Both the position numbers and the translations under genes were made by a program. Below, in pieces: positions 9,785 to 16,891 of a stretch of DNA of 32,000 nt (its first letter is position 1; every line of letters starts with the position of its first letter). Origin of the DNA: Geotalea daltonii FRC-32 (lineage in GTDB: Bacteria; Desulfobacterota; Desulfuromonadia; Geobacterales; Geobacteraceae). Under the pieces are notes generated by a model, which was given only the letters and a program-made list of their open reading frames with translations, ran no database searches and was not told the DNA's origin. The stretch covers positions 3,930,001 to 3,962,000 of the forward strand of contig NC_011979.1 of NCBI RefSeq assembly GCF_000022265.1, read 5' to 3'.

Positions 9785-10036
9785 AATATCCTCCTGTTTA
9801 ACCATATCAAACACAAGTTTAACCAATTTAACTTATTGATTTAAAAAGGGATTTACCACTTATCACAGCATTTATGACAAGTCAAGAAGTTTAAGGCAAT
9901 AAAATTATCAAGATTTGCTGCCGCTTTCTTCGGCATTCTGTTACAGACACTATTTATCATTACCCTTTTTCTCCCAATTCACATATTATCAACAGGTGTT
10001 ATCAACAGCGTTTGTGGAACAACACCGTCAGCAATA

Positions 10037-10220
10037 GCTAGTTTCCATACGGAAACTTCGGATGAGAAACTAGTGGTTTCCGATTCGGAAAGAGGGGATT
10101 TTTTGTTCTGGCAAGGAAATCAAGGGCTTGCGCGGAGACGTACATCGGTACGTCGCACAAGTAAGCCCGCAGATTGACGCCGCCAGGGCAGAAAAGAACC
10201 CTTTCCGGATGGAAACTAGC
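10037..10220. repeat. MITE-like palindromic element E1 (184 bp) with 19-bp terminal inverted repeats
   Basis: The left end GCTAGTTTCCATACGGAAA (10037-10055) matches the reverse complement of the right end (GCTAGTTTCCATCCGGAAA) at 18 of 19 positions. TA dinucleotides flank both ends (10035-36 and 10221-22). A third, internal copy of the end motif lies at about 10069-10091. The interior is a long imperfect hairpin centred on a CGTAC/GTACG mini-stem. Confidence 0.6.
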
Positions 10221-10250
10221 TAGTGTCCGGTGCGGTTAGCTCACCGCAAG

Positions 10251-10353
10251 AATTCTGAGGGATTTTGGTTCCTGGCAAGGCGCGGCGACGCAGGCCTGGC
10301 AGGGCCTGAACCAAGGAGACGCAACGCAGCCAGGGGCCCAAAGAGCCAGAATT
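10251..10353. repeat. Imperfect palindromic element E2, related to the interior of E1
   Basis: AATTCTG (10251-57) and CAGAATT (10347-53) form the termini. The arms GGGATTTTGGTTCCTGGCAAGG and CCAGGGGCCCAAAGAGCC resemble GGGGATTTTTTGTTCTGGCAAGG and CCAGGGCAGAAAAGAACCC inside E1. Confidence 0.4.
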
Positions 10354-10395
10354 GTAAGGAATGAATTAACCGATCGGGACACAAGTGAGGGGACT

Positions 10396-11073
10396 ATGAA
10401 AACGATCCTTGTTATAGAGGATGAGCGGGATCTGGCAGAATTGATAGCCTTCAACCTGGAAAAGGAAGGTTTCCGCTGCCTGCGGGAAGCCGATGGGACC
10501 TCGGGACTCGAAACGGCACGCAGTGAATTACCGGATCTGATACTACTCGATCTGATGCTGCCTGGTCTCATGGGCACCGAAATCTGCAAGATACTTAAGA
10601 AAAATGAAAAAACCGCCACCATTCCCATCATGATGCTGACAGCGCGCGGTGAAGAGATCGACAGGGTTGTTGGGTTCGAGGTGGGAGCCGACGACTATAT
10701 CGTCAAGCCGTTCTCTATCAGGGAGCTGCTTCTGCGGATCAGAGCAGTTCTGCGGCGTGCCGCTCCCGCCGCACCAGCCTGCAAACTGGTCATAGGTCCG
10801 GTGCATATGGATACCGAACGTCACCAGGTTCTCATTGAAAATGAAGAAATTACCCTTACCACAACCGAATTCAAGCTGCTCCTCAACCTGGTCGAACGCC
10901 GCGGCCGGGTGCAGAGCAGAGAAACGCTGCTCCAGGATGTCTGGGGGTATAACTACGTGGGTGACACACGGACCGTGGACACCCACGTGACAAGGCTAAG
11001 GACTAAACTGGGGCAGGCAGGGGAAATGATCAAGACCATCAGGGGCTTCGGTTATAAGATGGAGGAGCAATGA
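10396..11073 (+). CDS. OmpR/PhoB-family response regulator (receiver plus winged helix)
   Basis: Receiver motifs are present (VIEDE, LILLDLMLPG, VKPF), followed by a winged-helix C-terminus (TTTEFKLLLNLV, VDTHVTRLRTKL, IRGFGYKM). GAGGGGA RBS. Confidence 0.9.
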   Translation: MKTILVIEDERDLAELIAFNLEKEGFRCLREADGTSGLETARSELPDLILLDLMLPGLMGTEICKILKKNEKTATIPIMMLTARGEEIDRVVGFEVGADDYIVKPFSIRELLLRIRAVLRRAAPAAPACKLVIGPVHMDTERHQVLIENEEITLTTTEFKLLLNLVERRGRVQSRETLLQDVWGYNYVGDTRTVDTHVTRLRTKLGQAGEMIKTIRGFGYKMEEQ

Positions 11074-12845
11074 GAGCAAGCTTCCGCCTGAAACTGATGC
11101 TCTCCTATCTCTGTCTGGTTCTGCTCATGGGGGCAATCATTTATGCATATCTCAACAATGCCCTGGAAAGATACGTGCTGGCGGAAATCAGAAACAACCT
11201 GATCAGCGAAACAAAGCTGGCTGCCCTAATAGCCGACAAGTCCGGAGAAAACCTGCACCGGGATGCACCGGCCATTGCTGCAGCTGTCGGCAAAGAGATC
11301 AAGGCCAGGGTAACCATCATCTCCAGCGACGGTCAGGTAGTCGGTGATTCCGAACTCAGCCCTGTTCAGCTCAAAGACCTGGAAAATCACCTTTATCGAC
11401 CGGAAGTACAGGCATCGCTGAAAGATGGCACCGGTACCGCCATTCGTTATTCATCGACCCTGCAGATGCCCATGCTATATGTTGCCCGCCCCTTGGCCCT
11501 TAAAAACGGGGAAACGGCTACCTTAAGACTCGCACTGCCCTTGGCCCAGCTCCAGAAAGCGCGTTCCCACATGCACCTGATGCTGGGCATTGCTTTATTC
11601 CTGGCAGTCCTGGCAGTCCTCTTTTTCAGTTACGTCATGTCCAACATTACATCACGCTCCCTGCGCACCATATCCGCCATCGCAGCCAGAATCGGCAAGG
11701 GAGAATACGGTCTCAGGGTTCCCAGGGAAAGCAGCGATGAGGTGGGAGAACTGGCCGTGGTGATGAATGACATGTCGGAGAGGATCGAGGCCCAGTTGTC
11801 AAGCATTATGGCAGAAAGAAACAGGCTTGACACTATTCTTCGCGGCATGGGCGAGGGGCTGATGGTGACAGACGCCCAAGGCATTATTACTCTGGTCAAT
11901 CCGGCCTTCCGCAAGGTGTTTTCCGTCGATGAAGATGTTGAAGGCAGACCTCTGATCGAGGTGAGCAGGCAACCGGCCCTCCATGCCGCCTACAGAAAGA
12001 TCATGGCCGATGGTATCGAACGGCAGGAAGAGATGAGCCTGAACGGAGAAAAGGACGGCAATATCCTGACCCACTGGGTGCCGCTCATTGACGGCAACAG
12101 ACTTACTGGGGTAGTGGCGGTTTTTCACGACATATCCGACCTGAAGAGGCTGGCCGCTACCCGTCGGGATTTTGTGGCCAACGTCTCCCATGAGCTGAGA
12201 ACCCCGGTCTCCGTCATCCAGGGGTATGCAGAAACCCTCCTGGCTGGTGCTCTGGAAAGTGACCCCGACCGGGCACGTAGGTTCATTCAAGTAATCCATA
12301 ATCATGCGGAGCGACTATCAGCCCTTATCGCCGACCTGTTGACCCTGTCCGAACTTGAGTCCGGCAAGGTCCTTCTTGAACCTCACCCCCTGAATCTCCG
12401 GTCGGCAGTAAAGCAGGCAATGTCCCTTCTCAGTCAGAGGGCAACTGACAAGGGAATAACCCTGGATACAGGGAATATCGAGGCAAGCCGATTTGTCCTT
12501 GCCGACAAGGGGAAGCTGGATCAGGTACTGGTCAACCTGCTGGATAATGCGATCAAATACACCCCTGGCAATGGCAAGGTAACAGTCACTGCCGAGGATG
12601 AGGCAGAAATGCTGAAAATATCCGTGACTGACACCGGCCTGGGTATTCCAGCCAAAGACCTGCCCCGGATCTTTGAACGTTTTTACCGTGTCGATGAAGC
12701 GCGAAGCCGTGACAAGGGGGGAACCGGTCTCGGACTTTCCATAGTAAAGCACATTGTACAGTCTCACGGCGGCATGATCTCGGTAAAAAGCATTCCGGGA
12801 GAGGGGTCGACCTTTTCATTCACCCTGAAGAAAGGCGGAAAATAA
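11070..12845 (+). CDS. PhoR-type sensor histidine kinase (TM, periplasmic domain, TM, HAMP, PAS, HisKA, HATPase)
   Basis: ATGA overlap with the upstream regulator gene. H-box DFVANVSHELRTPVS. N, G1 and G2 boxes (LLDNAIKYTP, TDTGLGI, GGTGLGLSIVKHIV). Confidence 0.88.
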   Translation: MRASFRLKLMLSYLCLVLLMGAIIYAYLNNALERYVLAEIRNNLISETKLAALIADKSGENLHRDAPAIAAAVGKEIKARVTIISSDGQVVGDSELSPVQLKDLENHLYRPEVQASLKDGTGTAIRYSSTLQMPMLYVARPLALKNGETATLRLALPLAQLQKARSHMHLMLGIALFLAVLAVLFFSYVMSNITSRSLRTISAIAARIGKGEYGLRVPRESSDEVGELAVVMNDMSERIEAQLSSIMAERNRLDTILRGMGEGLMVTDAQGIITLVNPAFRKVFSVDEDVEGRPLIEVSRQPALHAAYRKIMADGIERQEEMSLNGEKDGNILTHWVPLIDGNRLTGVVAVFHDISDLKRLAATRRDFVANVSHELRTPVSVIQGYAETLLAGALESDPDRARRFIQVIHNHAERLSALIADLLTLSELESGKVLLEPHPLNLRSAVKQAMSLLSQRATDKGITLDTGNIEASRFVLADKGKLDQVLVNLLDNAIKYTPGNGKVTVTAEDEAEMLKISVTDTGLGIPAKDLPRIFERFYRVDEARSRDKGGTGLGLSIVKHIVQSHGGMISVKSIPGEGSTFSFTLKKGGK

Positions 12846-12878
12846 AAAAGGACCGGCTTGTTATGCCTGGTCCTTTTT
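12845..12878. terminator. Bidirectional intrinsic terminator
   Basis: AAAAAGGACCGGC ... GCCTGGTCCTTTTT hairpin with A-run and T-run flanks on both sides. It lies between the convergent kinase gene (ends 12845) and receiver gene (ends 12911). Confidence 0.7.
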
Positions 12879-12910
12879 ATGCCTTTTTTACAGGTGACGC
12901 CAATCCGTTG

Positions 12911-13282
12911 TCAGCTCAACATCTCCCGAACCTTATCCACCATGTTGCGAGCTATGAAAGGCTTGCGGATGAATCCGTCGGCTCCGGAATCGGTTACCAG
13001 GCGGGCCAGTTCATCTGCCGGCTTCGATGAGAGCAAAAGGATCGGAATACTTTTGGTCTGGGGATTGTCCTTTAGCATTTTTGCCTTTTTGTCCCCGTCG
13101 AGGATAGGCAACATCACATCGAGAATAATCAAATCCGGTTTTCTCTCGGAGTGAATGTATTTATCCGCCGCCTTTGCATTGGGTGCAGTGATAACCGTGA
13201 AACCACCCTCTTCAAGGGCATCGCTGGCCATGGCCACCACGATCTCGCTGTCATCCACGACCAGGACCGTCTTCTTTTTCAT
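12911..13282 (-). CDS. Single-domain CheY-like response regulator
   Basis: Receiver fold motifs are present (VLVVDDS, DLIILDVMLP, LLLSSK, IRKPF). I moved the start to the ATG at 13282 (MKKKTVL) with GGAGG upstream. Confidence 0.85.
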   Translation of the reverse strand: MKKKTVLVVDDSEIVVAMASDALEEGGFTVITAPNAKAADKYIHSERKPDLIILDVMLPILDGDKKAKMLKDNPQTKSIPILLLSSKPADELARLVTDSGADGFIRKPFIARNMVDKVREMLS

Positions 13283-13467
13283 CACTTTCCTCCACCCTTC
13301 CTTGTTACATTGCAAACGTTATTTTATTAACGCTACAGGAACTCCTCAAAGTAGTCAAGGTCCTTGTGAAACGTCTCCTTCAGACACCACATGATAGCAT
13401 TAGGTTTTTTTCAAGGACAAGGTTGTTTTTCAGATGATCCACAACACAGGTGTGAATCTGATTTCTC

Positions 13468-13496
13468 TTGACCCGCCGTTCCCCTCCCATTAGACT
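13468..13496 (+). promoter_or_regulatory. Candidate sigma70-type promoter TTGACC-N17-TAGACT placed for a leaderless transcript
   Basis: TTGACC at 13468-13473, a 17-nt spacer, TAGACT at 13491-13496. The ATG of the next gene is at 13503, 6 nt after the -10 element. No Shine-Dalgarno sequence is visible in between. Confidence 0.3.
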
Positions 13497-13502
13497 CTGC
13501 CC

Positions 13503-14228
13503 ATGGCAAACCAGAACCAGTGGCAGATATTGCGGGAAGAAATAAGGAGGCAGTACGAGCTGTTCGACAGCCTGACCCTGCGTTGCATCGAGGAGTACAG
13601 CAATTCCGGCAAACGTATCCATTGCGGGAAAGGATGCTGCGAATGTTGCAATCTGGCCGTGAACAGCACCTATAGCGAAGCGCTCTGTGTGGCGGAAATC
13701 CTGACGGAAGCACAGACCGCACTGATTAAAGCCCACGCCGACAAGCTTCTGAAGCACATCGCGGAAGTGTCGGACCTGAAATCTTACCTGGGCATGCAGC
13801 GCAAAATTATCGGCTTCTGCCCGCTGCTCACCGACAACAGGGCCTGCGGCGTCTATGGGCAAAGACCTTTTTCATGCCGCTCATTACTCTCAACCCTGGA
13901 TAATGCCTGGTGCGCTACTGACTTTGCCCTGCTCTCCCCAGCCGAAAAAACGGCCTTTATGGAGAGTCTTGACCGGCAGGCGGTCGCCTTTCCCATGCAC
14001 TACCTGGCAGCAAGCCGGGACCTGGGACAGCAGTTTGAATCCCGGTCGGCATTGGCCCTGGCGGCCACCTTCGGTTTCACCCTGTCCGGCAACCTTCCCT
14101 TTCTCATCTATCTGGAAAAGGAATATGGACTCGGCAGCATCATGTGCCATGGCTACAGCGTCACCATGGACTTTCTGCGCCAGGCCGGCCTTTTCAACCC
14201 CTTCCTGGTCACAGTGGAAAAGATCTAA
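13503..14228 (+). CDS. YkgJ-type cysteine-cluster (zinc/iron-chelating, CxxCxxCC family) protein
   Basis: 241 aa with CGKGCCECCNLAV and FCPLLTDNRACGVYGQRPFSCRS, the two Cys-rich blocks typical of the YkgJ/UPF0153 family. Confidence 0.75.
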   Translation: MANQNQWQILREEIRRQYELFDSLTLRCIEEYSNSGKRIHCGKGCCECCNLAVNSTYSEALCVAEILTEAQTALIKAHADKLLKHIAEVSDLKSYLGMQRKIIGFCPLLTDNRACGVYGQRPFSCRSLLSTLDNAWCATDFALLSPAEKTAFMESLDRQAVAFPMHYLAASRDLGQQFESRSALALAATFGFTLSGNLPFLIYLEKEYGLGSIMCHGYSVTMDFLRQAGLFNPFLVTVEKI

Positions 14229-14397
14229 CAGGTTGTAGAAAAACGTGATGGGTCGCCCGGGATGCAAGGCTCAAGTGAAGGAGGGAGCGAATCGTACCGT
14301 GATGTACGTTATGTACGTTGAGTTTCCGAGTGAGCGGCAACACAGCAGACCGGCCCTTCAGGCCCCGCGGGTCCGCAATAGTTTTTCAACAGCCTGC
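14228..14397. repeat. MITE-like element R1 (about 170 bp), same family as 19612-19760
   Basis: Terminal inverted repeats ACAGGTTGTAGAAAAAC and GTTTTTCAACAGCCTGC. TA(A) flanks both ends (14226-28 and 14398-400). The sequence can be aligned with R2 along its whole length, apart from two internal insertions that include a tandem ATGTACGTT duplication. It fills the entire gap between convergent genes. Confidence 0.7.
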
Positions 14398-14403
14398 TAA
14401 GGT

Positions 14404-14760
14404 CTATTCCTCCTCGATGGTACTTCTCGATCGTCTTGTCCCGCGCCTGCGTTCCTCTCTCTGCGTCCGGGCCGGAACTGCCACCGTTGGCGGACCGGGC
14501 GGTGCGACCTGCAACTGTGCACCCGCGCCTGGAGCAGCAGGTGCAGCTGCCGGAGCCGACGAAGGAACCGGCTGATTAGAAGGCTGATCCTTTTGCTCCG
14601 GGCCCAGGTTCAATACCTTTGCCTTCGCCTTGTATCTGGCTGGAATCTCAACCATACTGTTCGTATAGTGAGTGGTTCCCTTTGAATCCCTCCAGGCGTA
14701 AATTTCACCTTGGGCAGAGGATGCGACCAACACCAGCATAATCAGCAACTTTTTCACCAT
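14404..14760 (-). CDS. Secreted DUF4124-like protein with a Pro/Ala-rich linker and basic tail
   Basis: The internal ATG at 14760 gives MVKKLLIMLVLVASSAQG (signal peptide), followed by EIYAWRDSKGTTHYTNS (DUF4124-like). GAGGGGGA RBS. Confidence 0.6.
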   Translation of the reverse strand: MVKKLLIMLVLVASSAQGEIYAWRDSKGTTHYTNSMVEIPARYKAKAKVLNLGPEQKDQPSNQPVPSSAPAAAPAAPGAGAQLQVAPPGPPTVAVPARTQREERRRGTRRSRSTIEEE

Positions 14761-14864
14761 TTCCCCCTCGTCTTGATCTTCCCCATTAATAGATAAAAAA
14801 AGCCTGCTGTTCAATGTAATTTTCGCAAAAGAAAGGTTTAATGATTAAAAAGAAGAGCCGACTG

Positions 14865-14890
14865 GTTTTTCAGCCGGCTCTTTGCAGTTT
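14865..14890 (-). terminator. Intrinsic terminator downstream of the rhomboid gene
   Basis: GAGCCGACTG (14865-74) and CAGCCGGCTC (14881-90) pair at 9 of 10 positions with a 6-nt loop. On the minus strand it is followed by TTCTTTTTAAT. It lies 28 nt after the stop at 14918. Confidence 0.6.
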
Positions 14891-14917
14891 TGGGAAACGC
14901 TTACCTGTGGAAAAGCG

Positions 14918-15748
14918 TCAAGAGCCACCCTTGATCATGACAGCAGTGAACGCCGCCCAGCCAAGCACCGCAATTGTTGTCACCGCACAGATAAGCGCCA
15001 GCAGATGATGGAAAGAATTCTCCCGGCGCCGTTCCCCATAGCCGAGAAGCTTTCCCAGCACAATGCCGCCAAGGATCCCGCCGCCGTGTCCCCAGTTGTT
15101 GATGCCCGGCATCACCAGCCCGAAAAGGACCAGCCCCACCACCCAACCGCTCACCTCCCGGTAAACGGCTGCGCCGTAGGTTCCACCCCGGCTTTTGCCG
15201 AAATAGAGCAAGGCTCCGATCAGACCGCAGATTGCCGCCGAGGCGCCGATGGTAAAAGGGACACCGACGATGTATGAGACCCAGAATCCACAGACACCCC
15301 CCAGGGTGTAGATGATGAACATGCGGCTGGAGCCATATTCCTGAATCACCCAGGGAGAAATCTGGCGCAGGGCCATCAGGTTGAAAAATATATGGAGGAT
15401 GCCGCCGTGAAGATAGTTGGCGGAAACCAGGGACCAGAGGCGGCCAAAACGGTCGATGGGAATGGTACCGGTTGCGCCCATGAGCATCAGGCCTGTCTGG
15501 TTGGGTGACAGCATGCTGAACGGGTTCCCTGTCGGCTGGAGCCCCCCCATGAGCAGAGACAGCAGATAGAAAGCGATATTGGCAGTTATTATGGCTTTGA
15601 CCAGCCAGTCCCCGTCAAGGGCGCCCCTGGTCCAGGCAGATATGCGCCACAGGCCTTTGGGTCGCGGAGTACCGCACCAGGAACAGGAGGATTCGCTGCT
15701 GCCGATCAGGCGCCGGCAGCGTGGACAAAGCATGGCTCGTTGCGACAT
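14918..15748 (-). CDS. Rhomboid-family intramembrane serine protease with an N-terminal zinc ribbon
   Basis: CPRCRRL...CSWCG ribbon, then the rhomboid motifs HIFFNLMAL, GASAAICGLIGA (catalytic Ser context) and WGHGGGILGG (catalytic His context). I moved the start to the ATG at 15748 with GAGGTGG upstream. Confidence 0.85.
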   Translation of the reverse strand: MSQRAMLCPRCRRLIGSSESSCSWCGTPRPKGLWRISAWTRGALDGDWLVKAIITANIAFYLLSLLMGGLQPTGNPFSMLSPNQTGLMLMGATGTIPIDRFGRLWSLVSANYLHGGILHIFFNLMALRQISPWVIQEYGSSRMFIIYTLGGVCGFWVSYIVGVPFTIGASAAICGLIGALLYFGKSRGGTYGAAVYREVSGWVVGLVLFGLVMPGINNWGHGGGILGGIVLGKLLGYGERRRENSFHHLLALICAVTTIAVLGWAAFTAVMIKGGS

Positions 15749-15804
15749 TTCCACCTCAAAGAACTTTTTGCGCAATATAGCTGCATAAGCCCATAAGGTC
15801 AAAT

Positions 15805-16767
15805 CTAGAGTGGCATGCTCATCTCCTCCACACACACAAGAGCCTCAAGGGCATCGACCAACCTGCTGTTAAAGGAGTCCTTCATCTCCTGCCTGATTAT
15901 GTTGATGGAGATGTGGGGGGGCAGAGCCTTGCGACCGGTACGATCTATGGTCAGAGTGCAATACAGATCGCAGAGGGCACAAACCTGGGCACTGCGCGGA
16001 ATAAGCGCTGCCTTGAGACCATTGGGATAGCCAGTGCCGTTATTCCGCTCGTGGTGAAAGCGGACGACGTCCAGGGAAACTTCACTGAGCCGTGTTTTCT
16101 CCTTCAGATACCGGTATCCCTCCTCCGGATGCTTCTTGAACTGAGCAATTTCAGTCTCCGTCAGCTTCCCGGACTTGTTCAGGATATCCTGGGGAACGAA
16201 GATCTTGCCGAAATCATGGAGCAGGGTGCCGATGCCCACGTCTTCCAGTTCGTCACGTGAAAGAAGATAAACCTCCGAATGGAGCAGAATTGAAAGGGCC
16301 GTCACCTGCAGGCTATGGACAAAGGTATGGTAGTTATAGGACATGACCGTTTCCAGGGAACGCAAGGCTTCTTTATCATTGGCCAGATAGAGCAGAAGAT
16401 TTTCGATGAGGCGCCGGCTCCGGTCAAAATCCTCCACCTTCTCCGGATGTTGAAAAAGGTCGCCGACGAAATTGATAGAGGTCTGGTAAATGATCTTGCC
16501 TTTGGTCTTGCTGTCAAATGAATCGCTCTTCAATAACCGCTCGGCATTATTTTCCATGTAGTCGGTGAGAACCTCCAGGTCAGCCGGCCTCACATAGAGA
16601 CAGGCAACGCTGTTGCCCATGAGCCTGGCGGCATCTTCCCGATCAAAATTTCGTCCATGGCTCTTATACAGCACATAGTTGTTGCCGCTTTTCAAAAACA
16701 GGGCAACATCAGGAAAAATTTCTGGTTCAATGCTCTCAATTGCTACCGGAACATAGAATTCTCCCAT
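15805..16767 (-). CDS. HD-GYP domain c-di-GMP phosphodiesterase with a DUF3391-like N-terminus
   Basis: HDFGKIFVP (HD) and HHERNNGTGYPNGL (GYP). I chose the ATG at 16767 (MGEFYVPV) because GGAGGTGGGAGG lies directly upstream. The ATG at 16809 is an alternative start. Confidence 0.88.
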   Translation of the reverse strand: MGEFYVPVAIESIEPEIFPDVALFLKSGNNYVLYKSHGRNFDREDAARLMGNSVACLYVRPADLEVLTDYMENNAERLLKSDSFDSKTKGKIIYQTSINFVGDLFQHPEKVEDFDRSRRLIENLLLYLANDKEALRSLETVMSYNYHTFVHSLQVTALSILLHSEVYLLSRDELEDVGIGTLLHDFGKIFVPQDILNKSGKLTETEIAQFKKHPEEGYRYLKEKTRLSEVSLDVVRFHHERNNGTGYPNGLKAALIPRSAQVCALCDLYCTLTIDRTGRKALPPHISINIIRQEMKDSFNSRLVDALEALVCVEEMSMPL

Positions 16768-16891
16768 CCTCCCACCTCCACAGATCTTCGCCGGCTTTCT
16801 TTTCGCCATTTGCCTTACCTTATCGGCAGGAGGGGCGGGCAACTCAAGGATCTGAATATGGATTACCCCCTTTCAAGCATTGCCGGCGCCG

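Noticed and set aside
10270-10340. Superficial resemblance to a GEMM-I (c-di-GMP/cGAMP) riboswitch core (GGCAAGG ... GGAGACGCAACGCAGCC)
   Set aside because: The conserved GGCAAACC, GNRA tetraloop/receptor and ACGCAAAGCC elements are not matched. The segment is better explained as one arm of the palindromic element E2. A covariance-model scan (Rfam RF01051) would settle this.
10236-10631. 131-aa minus-strand ORF
   Set aside because: It covers element E2 and the antisense strand of the PhoB-like receiver. It is Ser/Arg-rich, low in complexity and has no RBS.
14318-14575. 85-aa plus-strand ORF starting inside repeat R1
   Set aside because: It starts within the MITE-like element and continues antisense to the DUF4124 gene. 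Its Ala/Gly/Pro richness mirrors the Pro/Ala linker on the other strand.
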